Below are positions 11,387 to 22,466 of a stretch of 64,000 nucleotides of DNA, piece after piece. The position numbers and the translations under genes are program-made. The first letter of the stretch is position 1. Every line of letters starts with the position of its first letter. The notes beneath the pieces are model-generated. The model did no database searches, was not told the DNA's origin, and worked only from the letters and a program-made list of their open reading frames with translations. The DNA comes from a virus (lineage: Duplodnaviria > Caudoviricetes), in IMG/VR virus record IMGVR_UViG_3300021387_000075; one strand, 5' to 3'.

Positions 11387-12323
11387 TACTTTTCTTCTCC
11401 TTCCATTTCTGTATTTCTTCCCATTGTGTTTCATCATCCAGAGAAGAACGTGGTACAACAGCCATTAGGCTAAATGTAAAAATCAATACCAAAATCGCGC
11501 CCGCAATAATGACCCAAATCATAATCTGCCTCCCAATAAATCTTCTCTTATAAAATAGGGTGTATTAAGCCCAATGAAAATACACGCTTAATACACCCAG
11601 CATAATTAGTATTACATTTGTAGTAATTACATTACGGTCTGGTTCTTTTGACCATAAGTCAATTAGAATCCATAGTAGTAAAGTAAAGATACAAATAAAC
11701 ATTATCATACTCATGTATTTTCTAACTTCCGAATCTTACGTTCTAGTTTATGTACGATACCACGATTTCCCTCGGGATCGCGCGAGTTCAGTAGATTGAT
11801 ACGGGCCTGATATTTCATAATTAGTGCTTCTTTATTCATTTAAACCTCCCACGGCAATGTACAGCCGTTTACTGCTTCCATTTTATTAAAAGGCATTTCT
11901 ATAATAGTAATGCCACCGCTAAATGTAATAGTACAAGTTTGTTTCAATTTATCGTAGCGTTCAATCTTAGCCATTGCTACGCCGCCGGGGATATGCGCCC
12001 AAGCATACCATATTACATTCATTGATTCTCCAAAAGCGCAATAGCGCTATTATATGCGTCTAATAGGGTTTCTTGTTCTTGAACTAAGTCGCATTCGCCG
12101 CAATTGCGGTCGCAATCACGGCTAATGCACTCACGTTCAATTTTAAGAATGCGAATTACTTCGTTTTTCGTCATCTATATTCTCCTTTAAAGGACAATCT
12201 TCCGGTTCTATGTTATTCCAATATTCCCAATCTATAAAGCGCGATGTTTTTATACACATAACAAAATTACCAAATTGATCTTTAAAGTATGAGCATTTAT
12301 CACATTTATTCATCATTTATTCC

Positions 12324-13553
12324 TTATCCATGATATTTCAGCAAGAAGTTGTTGCTTACTGCCTTGAAGGATCGAGTACCATCGAGAGAACGGAATACAA
12401 TTCCTTCACGCGGCTTTCCATCTTTTACTGAGTTGCCATCTGCATAAGCAAGAATGGCATCAACATCTGCAAACTGGTTAATTTTCATAGACTCTTCGAT
12501 TACCGGCACGCAGGGAATACCTTTGGGTTCGAGGTATGCTTTCATTTCCATAGTGCCATAACGACCGTGACTAGAAGTAATAAGGTTAAATGCGGCAAAG
12601 TCATGACCTTCAAGAGAGTAATCACGCTTCTGGATACTGGCGCCATAAGTTTCACCCTGAATAGTTACCCATTCATCTTTCGGGAAAGTATAGGTCAGCA
12701 AGTAATCAAGAATTTTATACATGTCATACTTCTTAGCCATTTCCCAATATACATTGGTATCATAATAGCAAGGCTTAGTTTCTTCACCAAAGCATACATT
12801 GCGCGAGCATACGTAGAAGTTCTTCTTGCCGAACTTACCGCGCTTCATAGTGAAAGTAGTGCTCGTACCATCAATCTTCTCGGTCGCAATCCAATCATCG
12901 GGATCGTTCAGAATCCAAGGCATATTCTGAATACGCTCTTCATCAGTCTTGGAAACCCAGCTCGGCCATCCGTTCTTTTTATCTTTTTTCTTTCCGAAGA
13001 AGAAGAACATAACCTTACGACCCCATTCACGACGCATCATCCAACGCGCCCAAGGCTTTTTAAACAGAGAAGCATGACGCTGGGTCATTTTCTTATACTT
13101 ATCTACCGGTGCGGCCTTACGAGCATTATCCTCATCATCGGCATAAGTTACTCCCAGTTTCTTAGTCAGAAAGCGGGATTCATCAGTTACATAATGAGGT
13201 TTGCCTTCGTCATCAACAATTACTGAATGATCATCCATAGCACTATTTTCAGTAGTCCAACCAAAATCAGACGGATGCATAAGCAAACCCTGAGAAATAG
13301 TTTTGCACATCTTTAAAGTCTTAACTTTGTAGTTGCGCTTTTCAAGGAAGGCAAAACACTCCTTGTCAGAAGGCACGCGCGAATCAATTTCAAAATAAAT
13401 AGCGGGATCGCCGACCTTAAACTGATCTTTCTGTACAATTACGCGCCAACCACCAACGATAGCGTGTTCTACACGGTCATAGCCAGGAATTGGTTCAATT
13501 CCATCAATCAGAACCACATAGGCAAGTTCGCGCTCGGAATTTTTATTCAGCAT
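12324..13553 (-). CDS. RNA ligase, Rnl2/DRB0094-like, with N-terminal OB domain
   Basis: IEPIPGYDRVE N-terminus; TEKIDG, QGE, FNL, REGIV, FKAVS. Confidence 0.88.
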   Translation of the reverse strand: MLNKNSERELAYVVLIDGIEPIPGYDRVEHAIVGGWRVIVQKDQFKVGDPAIYFEIDSRVPSDKECFAFLEKRNYKVKTLKMCKTISQGLLMHPSDFGWTTENSAMDDHSVIVDDEGKPHYVTDESRFLTKKLGVTYADDEDNARKAAPVDKYKKMTQRHASLFKKPWARWMMRREWGRKVMFFFFGKKKDKKNGWPSWVSKTDEERIQNMPWILNDPDDWIATEKIDGTSTTFTMKRGKFGKKNFYVCSRNVCFGEETKPCYYDTNVYWEMAKKYDMYKILDYLLTYTFPKDEWVTIQGETYGASIQKRDYSLEGHDFAAFNLITSSHGRYGTMEMKAYLEPKGIPCVPVIEESMKINQFADVDAILAYADGNSVKDGKPREGIVFRSLDGTRSFKAVSNNFLLKYHG

Positions 13554-13807
13554 TTAAATCATCCTTTCTCTTTCTTATATATTTATTATACCATAATTTT
13601 AGAAAATGTCAAGAATTATATTCTTCTAATTTCCAACCTTCGTCATCATCAAACCAAATAATTAGTATGACTTTATGCCCATCCTTCCATCCATGCACGT
13701 AATTACGCGCGCTATAAGCAGCGGAACAGATTTCTTCAATTTTATCCATACGGTTGGAATCAAGAACAACTTCGGATATTTTATCGTATAAATAATCTTT
13801 CATTTCA

Positions 13808-14089
13808 TTACTCATTAAATATTTTCTCCTCATCTACAAAACCATGCTCATCTTCTGGATAGGGTAAATCAAAATAGAAAAATTCAGTATGACTGCCTAC
13901 ATCAAATACAGACTGCCCATCCTCATTCCAAATACGAGTATAGTATCTCTTAAATGGCCTTTTATTCGGCCATTTGTCATTCGCAGAAGTAATAAACCTA
14001 TCAATTTCAGTCATTACTTCTGCAAAAGTATTGCACTCTGCAATTTCTCGTCTCTTACCAAATGAATTACTGAACCACAGTTTCGCCAC
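13808..14089 (-). CDS. Conserved phage hypothetical protein
   Basis: YTRIW...FDVGSHTEFF. Confidence 0.6.
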   Translation of the reverse strand: MAKLWFSNSFGKRREIAECNTFAEVMTEIDRFITSANDKWPNKRPFKRYYTRIWNEDGQSVFDVGSHTEFFYFDLPYPEDEHGFVDEEKIFNE

Positions 14090-14269
14090 TTCTATTCTCC
14101 TCTCTTACAATTCCATCATAGTCTAGCTATATTTTAGTTAAAATTTCAAATCTACATAGAGGACATGTGACATAAGAATTTCTATGTACATCCTCTGGCC
14201 TGTATCCAAGCAATGCGCCACAGTTATTACAGTGGCAAATCAATCCATTATAATAATTACTTAAAATCG

Positions 14270-15004
14270 TCATATAACTTTACAGTACCAAACAACGGTA
14301 CATTTCTCTCCGTTAATTTCTTTATGCGCCTTAACTTTCATCTTTAGCTTAATAGCCATACCAACCTCAAAATTTTTGGCGCCTGTTTCCCATATATAAG
14401 TATTGCCTTCGGCATCGCGCATAAAATGTGTATGCTTTTCACCAAAGTGGTCTTCGCGCGTGAAATTTTCTTTGACCGTGACTTCTTTTTCGAGCCACGT
14501 ATTTTCTTGCCCTTGGTAGGTACTATTACTTGTGAGAGGCTGTATGCTAATAAGGCTATTGATAAGCTTGGCAACTTCTTCATGCGGCTTCATCCTATCA
14601 TCGTGATCCATTACTTGTTCCCATTTTAATTGAATAGGTTCAATGCCAGTTAAAACTTCGGGCGTGGGAAATTTACTAGGAGTATAATAACCAAAAGTAA
14701 GATTACGCCAAATATTAGTACGGTCATTCTCCGCCCACCTCTCTACCAAATTTTTGTCACCTTTATAAATGGTGATATAGCCCTTTTCGTCAAAGCCGAA
14801 AGCGTGGCGCGCATTGAAGTCCATTACATCATTTTTCTTAGGCTCAATTCCCGCTTTGCGGTCCTGCGCTGCGCGTTCCGCTTCTGTATACCAGCGTACT
14901 TTTTTATTGCCGTTCGGCATCATAACATAAACATACATACGACCATTTTCTTTAAAAGGTTCTCCATCTAGACTATATTTATCATAAGAACGTGCGGTTG
15001 GCAT
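14270..15004 (-). CDS. Hypothetical protein, possible C-terminal OB fold
   Basis: ORF track; RBS and upstream promoter. Confidence 0.7.
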   Translation of the reverse strand: MPTARSYDKYSLDGEPFKENGRMYVYVMMPNGNKKVRWYTEAERAAQDRKAGIEPKKNDVMDFNARHAFGFDEKGYITIYKGDKNLVERWAENDRTNIWRNLTFGYYTPSKFPTPEVLTGIEPIQLKWEQVMDHDDRMKPHEEVAKLINSLISIQPLTSNSTYQGQENTWLEKEVTVKENFTREDHFGEKHTHFMRDAEGNTYIWETGAKNFEVGMAIKLKMKVKAHKEINGEKCTVVWYCKVI

Positions 15005-15274
15005 TTTTCTCTCCCCTTTCTATAAAAATTATATCATAAATTTAAAAAAAGTCAAATGGTTATGAAGCCATTTGACAGAGGTAAAATTTAGATATGTTTT
15101 CGGGCGCGTTGTCAAGAAAATCAAGGAACGGAATCATATAAACAATCTTTGGGTCTTCTAAAATATATACGCATCTTATCTGTTCAACGAGCGGATTTCC
15201 ATCTTTCGCAAGCTACATTCCTTGTTTGATAATGGCAGGAATATCTTCTAAGTTCATAGATCTTTTAGTCCATG

Positions 15275-15877
15275 TCATTTATTAGCCCTCCAAACCTCTT
15301 GAATATAGCCAGTTTTAATTAGGGTTTCTGGGGTCATGGTTAATAGTCCAGTAGGACAACCGCTCAGCATATGATTATCCGCGAACTCCAAATCGGAAAA
15401 AATAATATCAAGCATTTTCTTATTTTTCTCATTCATTGCGCTAGAACCATGGTCACGTTCATGAAGCCACCATGCGCGTTCATTGCTATATGAAAACATA
15501 TCTCCACTATAGGCCCGACCAGCCGCAAGAAAGTCACAAACTAATTCTACAAAATCGTTACAGGGCATGGGATAGACTATAAAGCCTTCGCTAAAATTAT
15601 CTGCCCAATAAGCCCAATGATGAGAGTTGCGGCCGCGATGATGAAGCCATGCGCGAGAATAACCCTGTTGTTTCTTAGCTTCATTTATTGGAGAACTAGT
15701 TCCAGTCCAATAACGAGCGGATTCAAAAAATTCAGTAGGCGAGTATTTTGATAAATCATGCTTCAATCCGCGCCAGCGGATACCCGCAAGATTACAATAG
15801 TACCTAACCCATTTTCTATGAGTACGAATTGTTTTCCAATGGCCTAGAATATTATGCAATGTTAATTTCGGTCTCAT
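15275..15877 (-). CDS. DUF5662-like HD-type protein
   Basis: HDLSKYSPTEF, AWLHHRGRNSHHW. Confidence 0.75.
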   Translation of the reverse strand: MRPKLTLHNILGHWKTIRTHRKWVRYYCNLAGIRWRGLKHDLSKYSPTEFFESARYWTGTSSPINEAKKQQGYSRAWLHHRGRNSHHWAYWADNFSEGFIVYPMPCNDFVELVCDFLAAGRAYSGDMFSYSNERAWWLHERDHGSSAMNEKNKKMLDIIFSDLEFADNHMLSGCPTGLLTMTPETLIKTGYIQEVWRANK

Positions 15878-15880
15878 ATC

Positions 15881-16819
15881 TTACTCCGTTTTTATGTTAA
15901 TATAATTTAATACTTCTTTCATTCCTAATCCGCCTTCATCCCAAGGCTTCATACAATATTCCCATAGTTTGGGATGAGTCTTTTTAAGCAGCTGAAAGCG
16001 ATTAGGTTCTTTTTCCATATGACATCCAAAGGCGCAGAAGATACATCCAGTTCTGTCTTCTCCCGTAGTTTCTAATTTACCTTTACGGTTTCTCTTAATA
16101 TCGCCATAAACTGGCGCGTAAGGGATATTCTTTTCTTGGATATACTTTAAAATATCCTGCTCTGTCCAAAAAGATAAGGGCCGACTGATAGGTTCATCGG
16201 TATTGAAGGCATTACATCCTTGCTGTAACCATACATTGCGCCGACTAATTGATTCTTCCGCAAGAGTGCCAATGATTGGATAGCGGCCAGTCTCTCTATG
16301 GTATTTATGCGCTGGCTGTTTCTTCATTACATCGCAGCAATAATCACTAATTTTAAATGGCGCATCTACCAAATAAGCCCATTTGCCATCTCCAAAACCA
16401 AAAGTTTTAGTTGGTATTTCTCCTCGTAAGGTTTTCGCGCGAACAGAATTAGGATCGCGCTTAGCGGTATAAACATATCCGGCAATTTTTTTACTCACAA
16501 TAGGATACCCAAATTCTTCAATTACTTGTCTAAAAGTGCGATTCGGACGTATAATTTCTACATTATCAAATGTTTTAACAAATTCTTTTACTTCTGGATA
16601 TTCAAGGCCAGTATCAAAAAATACTGCGGGAATGTCTGGATAAAGACTGCGTGCGATTGTTAATAATACAGTACTATCTTTCCCGCCTGAAAAAGATACA
16701 TATACATCGCCGCCAAAATGATCATAAAACTCTCTAATGCGTAGTTCTGTTTTTAAGATTTTAGCTTCCAGTGGTAATGACTAAAATTGTTTTAAATCAG
16801 TAGCAGTAAATAATGCCAT
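15881..16819 (-). CDS. PAPS-reductase-family (PP-loop) protein; TAG at codon 13
   Basis: MALFTATDLKQF[Q]SLPLEAKI...VSFSGGKDSTVL, DTGLEYPE, CCDVMKK, RTGCIFC. Confidence 0.88.
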
Positions 16820-17223
16820 TATTCTTCCCTCACTATATAATCAAAAGGTTGTTTGCGAAGCCATTGTTCGCTATACTTATTTACGTTATAGTAATAATAA
16901 TCTCCATCTGATACATATGCGTGCTCGATATTTTTATCAAACTCATCGCTTTGAATGAATTTAATATATTCCTCTTTTGGCATTAGATAGCCATACTGCG
17001 ACATCCAGTCTTCTACTGGTATTGCTTCAAGGAACAAATCATTGATTTCCGCATCGTGTAAATATGGTACTTCTTCGGCGTCCATATAATCCTTGGGAAT
17101 AACAAATACAAACAGCCCTTTTTCTGTAAGCTCTGGCGGCATTTGATTTGTCAGTTTTCCAACGTTCCATTGTCCTTCGTGCTTATATAGGACACGTTGT
17201 CCTGCATGAATTTTAATTTCCAT
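16819..17223 (-). CDS. Hypothetical protein
   Basis: ORF track. Confidence 0.65.
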   Translation of the reverse strand: MEIKIHAGQRVLYKHEGQWNVGKLTNQMPPELTEKGLFVFVIPKDYMDAEEVPYLHDAEINDLFLEAIPVEDWMSQYGYLMPKEEYIKFIQSDEFDKNIEHAYVSDGDYYYYNVNKYSEQWLRKQPFDYIVREE

Positions 17224-17974
17224 TAGATACCTCGTATTTTAAATATTCTTTAACTAATTGAACTTGAAATTGTTCAATTAGATTGAGTGCATATTTTTCT
17301 TCTTCCAATTGCGCCTTGGTGGGCACGAATGATGCTTTAATTTCATCTAGATAATTTGAAATAAGCTCACATCCACTATTATAATAATCTTCTTTCGCCG
17401 GGTCTTGATTGTTTTTTGCGGCTAGGGCTTCGATATGTTCGTCCAAGGGTAAATAAAACATTAAATGAGTTCGATGCTCTATATAATTATTTACCAAGTT
17501 TTTTAATCTTAAACTATGAGAATAGCGTTTGCCCGCGGACATATTACGTTTAGTGAGTTGATGAGCCATTCCGGCGCAAGCTCCAACCATATGAGTATAG
17601 TTAGCATAAAATATAGAATCATTTTTTAAAAAATCATATAACCCATATACCTAGCTAGGAAAGATTCTATATCTTGTATAAAAACATTCAACGCTATTTG
17701 GCGATGTCTTTTTTAATAGATTAAGCGCGAGACGGATATCTTTATACATACACTTGCCATTCTCTACTTCGTATTCTCCACTTTTGGGCGCGTCGCCACG
17801 CGCCAGTTCTTCAATAGTAGGAAGAATAAAAGTAAAAGTATCAATGTCACTATTCGGAGTTTCCAAGTTATAATTCTGCGAGCCAATCAGCAATGTCATA
17901 ATAGGTTTAAATCCTTTTTGCTTTATATAATCTTCGTGCTCGATCAATTGTTGTGTATATGTCTTTATATGCAT
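17213..17974 (-). CDS. Nucleotidyltransferase (Pol-beta fold); one in-frame TAG
   Basis: GSQNYNLETPNSDID; two ORFs join in frame across TAG 17651-17653. Confidence 0.8.
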
Positions 17975-18061
17975 CTTTATCCTCCTTTTAAATAATTATA
18001 TCATAAAAAAAAAGAAAAGTCAAGCATTTGAATGCTTGACTTTAAAGAGGAGATGATTTTT

Positions 18062-19549
18062 TTATAGGATGCTATGAATTACTTCATATCTATCACTATT
18101 TAACTTCTCAAGGCACAAATCCCAACCATCCTTGCCGCTAAGGATACATTCAATCATGTTGGGCGAGAAGCCACTAACATAAGAGAATCCGGGGCCAATA
18201 GCGGGAATGTTGTTATTGCGCGCATTAAGATTCCAAAAGATTACACGAGGTAATACATAACCATGATTGCGCCACTTACGAGCCTGCGCTTCGATTACCG
18301 TCTCAACGTCACGCCGCGAATGGAGGCTAGGACCAGTCCATCTATCGACAGTAGTAGATCCGGTAGTAAATGCCTGATCAAACTCCATATCACTGAAGAT
18401 ATAAAGAGTACGCGGCATATCCTGTCCGCTAACATGGTTCTTAATTGCGGTACGCAGCATCAAATCGAAAGCGGCTTCGATATTAGTCGTGCCGCCCCAA
18501 TCAGCTTCACGAGCGCGATTAAACTTATCGTACAGATCAATACCTCCAAACTCAACCAACGCAGGGCTGTTGCTAAAGGTAATGAAATGATTATGGAAGG
18601 GCCCTTTACCACGCTCGGCGACATAGGCTCCCAGAGAAACTGCGGCCTCCATAGGAGTTCCATTCATACTACCGCTGACATCAACAATGGCAATTCCGGG
18701 TTCTTCTTTGCCATGGTAGTAATCAGGCAGATTTTCCCAATACTTATCCCAAACCTGGCGCTCAGCCTTACTTGGCCTCCAATTGTTAAAAATCTGATGC
18801 GCGATATCAACAGGGTTAAGCGTGGCCGCATTAACCTTAGTCTGCTTGCTAGCCATAAACTGAGCATAACGATCGCGGGTTTCCTCACGACGGATAAAGG
18901 CGCCCTTATACATTAGGCCAGCCTTAGATGGCAGATGCTCAAAGGCAATCTGGTCCCATTCATTCTGGCTCATAAGAGTTTCAACCAGATGGCAATCCTT
19001 TCGTCCCTCTGAGAGCATCTTACGATACGCGCGAGGAGACATATGGAAAGCTTCACGAGTCTTGCGCGCGAAACGCTTAGACTCAGCGGAAGAACAGTTT
19101 TCACTCTTCAACCACTTATATACCAGATGATCCTGGCTGTACTGAATTATCTTATACAGATAATCAAACATATCCTGTTCGCAAGGAGTATTCTCCAAGA
19201 CAAACAGGTCATCATAGCGCCCATACATAGCAACGAAAGGAATCAGATGAGTCGCTTCCAAGCTATATTCCTGCGCCAACCACTTATAGCATACGCGGAA
19301 AAAGCGACGCTCACCCTGTCCGCCACGGCAATCGCGCAGATAAAATAGGCACTTCAGGGCGAGAGTAGCATCTTCCTGATATGCCTTCTTGAACATAAGG
19401 ATAACATCTTCGTCAGAGCGATTACGCATAGAACCGCCCATAGCAAACATATCCAGTACCGCATTAAGGGTAGAGTTATGCTTAACACCGCCCTTTTCGG
19501 TATAGCCATAATTAGTATCGTTCTTCATTGCCTTTAAAAATTCGTTCAT
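18062..19549 (-). CDS. DUF2828-type TROVE/Ro60-like protein with vWA domain
   Basis: FYLRDCRGGQGER, YGRYDDL, MIDAS DVSGSM, WGGTTN, FSDMEFD, IFWNL, SGFS. Confidence 0.85.
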   Translation of the reverse strand: MNEFLKAMKNDTNYGYTEKGGVKHNSTLNAVLDMFAMGGSMRNRSDEDVILMFKKAYQEDATLALKCLFYLRDCRGGQGERRFFRVCYKWLAQEYSLEATHLIPFVAMYGRYDDLFVLENTPCEQDMFDYLYKIIQYSQDHLVYKWLKSENCSSAESKRFARKTREAFHMSPRAYRKMLSEGRKDCHLVETLMSQNEWDQIAFEHLPSKAGLMYKGAFIRREETRDRYAQFMASKQTKVNAATLNPVDIAHQIFNNWRPSKAERQVWDKYWENLPDYYHGKEEPGIAIVDVSGSMNGTPMEAAVSLGAYVAERGKGPFHNHFITFSNSPALVEFGGIDLYDKFNRAREADWGGTTNIEAAFDLMLRTAIKNHVSGQDMPRTLYIFSDMEFDQAFTTGSTTVDRWTGPSLHSRRDVETVIEAQARKWRNHGYVLPRVIFWNLNARNNNIPAIGPGFSYVSGFSPNMIECILSGKDGWDLCLEKLNSDRYEVIHSIL

Positions 19550-19676
19550 TTTCTTTCTCCTTTTCATCTTGACCGTTGTCACGGTTGTAGGTTTTACGGT
19601 AGCCGCATGTTTCTATACACTTAGAACAAGGACTACCAATTAAACATTTCTTATCTTCTAACATAATTATTATAAC

Positions 19677-20255
19677 TCAATTTTGGAAAGAAGTCAAGTA
19701 TTTTTCCAAAAACTCATATTTGATTTGCTCTAAATTTACAGGATAGCAATCATGTGCGTCCATTTCTACATGATAGCATTTCTTATCCCAATCAGCCCAC
19801 CGGTCTTGTGTATGTGAGTGCCCGCATAGATTCGCTACTTTGCGCCAAGCTTCGTTATTAGTTGTAAGCGTGGGATAATGTGAAAGATAAAAACTCCACT
19901 TACCACTTTTAATTATAGTAGCATAAGAATTACGAGGCGAACCAAGCAGCTGGATATTAGGGCACTGAGGTAAGATTTTCTCAATCTTTCCTAGGGTATC
20001 GTGATTTCCAAGTATCCATATCTGATTGCCTTTAAGGCGCTGAAGATAAGGAATTGCCGCATCAACATCGCTAAGAGAAATATCTCCTAAATTATATACC
20101 CAGTCTTCATCCTTTACAACTGAATTCCACCGTTCTACAATAGTCTCACACATTTCTTCGGTAGAAGTAAAACCGCGCGGCTCAAAGAGAAAGGGCTTAT
20201 TGTGCATCAGGTGTAAATCACTAGTAAGCCAAATTTCACTCATTAGTACCTCCAT
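19677..20255 (-). CDS. Calcineurin-like metallophosphoesterase
   Basis: SDLHLMH, LGD, GNHD, SHYP, GHSH. Confidence 0.88.
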   Translation of the reverse strand: MEVLMSEIWLTSDLHLMHNKPFLFEPRGFTSTEEMCETIVERWNSVVKDEDWVYNLGDISLSDVDAAIPYLQRLKGNQIWILGNHDTLGKIEKILPQCPNIQLLGSPRNSYATIIKSGKWSFYLSHYPTLTTNNEAWRKVANLCGHSHTQDRWADWDKKCYHVEMDAHDCYPVNLEQIKYEFLEKYLTSFQN

Positions 20256-20772
20256 ATTGATACGGCCAATTTAAGTAAGAATAATTGTTAGGGTCGCCCT
20301 CCCCTACATCAATGATTTGAATCGCGCGAGGATCTTCATCTAATGTAGGAATAACGTAACTACGGAACATACCAGAAATAACATCAATACCGACTTGCGC
20401 TAAACCCTCACGTCCCATATCATTTAATACGCACTGGTCAAAAGTAGTATGAAATACCACATAGATAATTTCGTAATCTTTGTAATAAGTATCAATGGCC
20501 TGAGTCAAACGCTTGCGCGAAGCCTTGGTTAGATGTGTAGCATCAGCAATTACATCAAATCCATCAACGAGGGTTGCGCGCAAAGTGCCGGTAAATTGCC
20601 GATATACTTCGGTTTCATGCGCGAAATAATCATCATCTTCTTCTAACATAGAGAAACGAATTTCGTCCCGAGATACATAACGAATGTCATCTTCGGTATT
20701 ATTTAAAAAATTATGCGCCCAAGTGCTTTTTCCGCATCCGCTCGGGCCACAAAGAATATAAAGTTTAGGCAT
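20236..20772 (-). CDS. Polynucleotide kinase-like (AAA_33)
   Basis: CGPSGCGKST, VSRDEIR, ADATHL. Confidence 0.82.
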   Translation of the reverse strand: MPKLYILCGPSGCGKSTWAHNFLNNTEDDIRYVSRDEIRFSMLEEDDDYFAHETEVYRQFTGTLRATLVDGFDVIADATHLTKASRKRLTQAIDTYYKDYEIIYVVFHTTFDQCVLNDMGREGLAQVGIDVISGMFRSYVIPTLDEDPRAIQIIDVGEGDPNNYSYLNWPYQYGGTNE

Positions 20773-21187
20773 TTTTCTCCTCCCATAATAAGCAAGTGTG
20801 GTTATCGGGCAGTGGCCCGCCATATTCACACTCATGATATGTATTATATTTATCTGACATATCGAGACAACGCTTACATGCGAAACAGTCTCGATTTTCT
20901 TTCCACTCTTTTTGTTGATGTTTTAGTATATCATCATAATTTTTATTAAAAAGATCACGAAGTAAATTCAATTCTTTATCTCCTTCGGAAGTTCTCCAGT
21001 AGTCATAAAGATATAAGAATTAAGAATGTTAATACTGTCTGTATGTACCGGAATATTTATTGGAAAGCCAGTATGCTCGTCATACCCATGAATAAAAGCG
21101 TCATACTTATCATACTCAACATTATTTTCCATTCTTACATCCCCTTCCTTTCATAAAAATTATACTATAATTTTTAAAAAAAGTCAA

Positions 21188-21220
21188 ATAAAAAATGGCG
21201 GTAATTTTACTTACCGCCGA
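21188..21220 (-). terminator. Intrinsic terminator
   Basis: GGCGGTAA...TTACCGCC hairpin plus U-tract. Confidence 0.75.
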
Positions 21221-21610
21221 TTATGATTGCCAGTCTTAAGGGGCGACTTTTGCCTTTAACGCATTATCCCACTGGCGCCGCACGGTGGCGATTTTAGGTG
21301 CCGCCGCCATCACACCTATGATACACGGTCGTTATTATACAGAGTGACCGGTACCTCTGAGGCCGATTTAACGAGCTGGCCGCGTACTCGAATACCTAGC
21401 GTTTCAGACTCTTTTAGCGCGGTTGTGCCTCGAACAGGGCTGCAAAGAAAAATAGTTCGATATTTTGACAGTATCGCTTACACGCATAGTCCTCTACAGA
21501 GTCATGGGGCTTTAGGACTCATCTCGTATAGCTGGATTCACATTTCATATCCCCTACTTACGAGAGATGGTTACATATTTTTATTGCGCCGGTTCCCATC
21601 AAGCGCATAT
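21221..21610 (-). ncRNA. Candidate structured ncRNA with tandem H-type pseudoknots
   Basis: No credible minus-strand ORF; three adjacent pseudoknot pairings at 21286-21390. Confidence 0.5.
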
Positions 21611-21833
21611 GATCAATCATGCTCAAAAGCATGATCAATTTCTTCTTTTTCAATACAATGGCTTTCATCACTATTAAGAAGCATTTCTTTTACATGAATA
21701 TCAAAAGCACCATCATAGTCATTAGATACATAACGAGCAGCATCACTTATAGTAGAAGCGAATACAATTCCCTCAGACGTTATTTCTTTATCTTCAAATT
21801 TACTATACCAATCAACCTGATACTTATAAAACA

Positions 21834-22196
21834 TTACTTTCGCTCCTTTCGATAATCAATGCGGGCGCTATAAGGATTGGGGATTTCTTCCCAAACTTTA
21901 CAATCTTCGATTATAAAATCATTAAAATCATGCCAGAATCTCCAATCCATATCGAGACCATCGTACCATTTAGTACGAGTAATACCAGTCTTTCGATCGT
22001 GCATGGTAAGATAAGCGTGCATCAGACCGCCACTTCCATCCTCAAACCATTCCATGTCAGTTGCAGTTTGAGAGACATAAAAACGCCCACGCCATAGTTC
22101 ATCATCTTCAATACACTTATTTACATAGCGGCAATACTGATTAAACCAACGCTGATGATTCTTACGCTTATGAGATTTCATACTGTATTTTCTCAT
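21834..22196 (-). CDS. Hypothetical phage protein
   Basis: ORF track; part of a run of small overlapping ORFs at 21613-23329. Confidence 0.65.
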   Translation of the reverse strand: MRKYSMKSHKRKNHQRWFNQYCRYVNKCIEDDELWRGRFYVSQTATDMEWFEDGSGGLMHAYLTMHDRKTGITRTKWYDGLDMDWRFWHDFNDFIIEDCKVWEEIPNPYSARIDYRKERK

Positions 22197-22466
22197 GAAT
22201 TACTCACCCTTTCATTCCATTCTTTGAATAGCGTATAATCATCTTCAGAACCCAGATGGATAAACCAACTATCATACCAATGAGGAAAAGAAGTAGAAAT
22301 AACTTGACAGGCATTTGGACAGCAAACCATTCTGCGCCTAATTTCATTTTTCCTAGTAATACAATCATAAATCTTAGGCATGCGTCCGCAACGAGGACAA
22401 GGCTTAATTCTCAACTTATTTTCTCCCCTTTCTGTATGATTATTATACCAGAAATTTGATTTAAAG

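Noticed and set aside
21221-21610. Canonical tmRNA
   Set aside because: No T-arm/acceptor domain or convincing tag ORF; kept only as an unknown ncRNA
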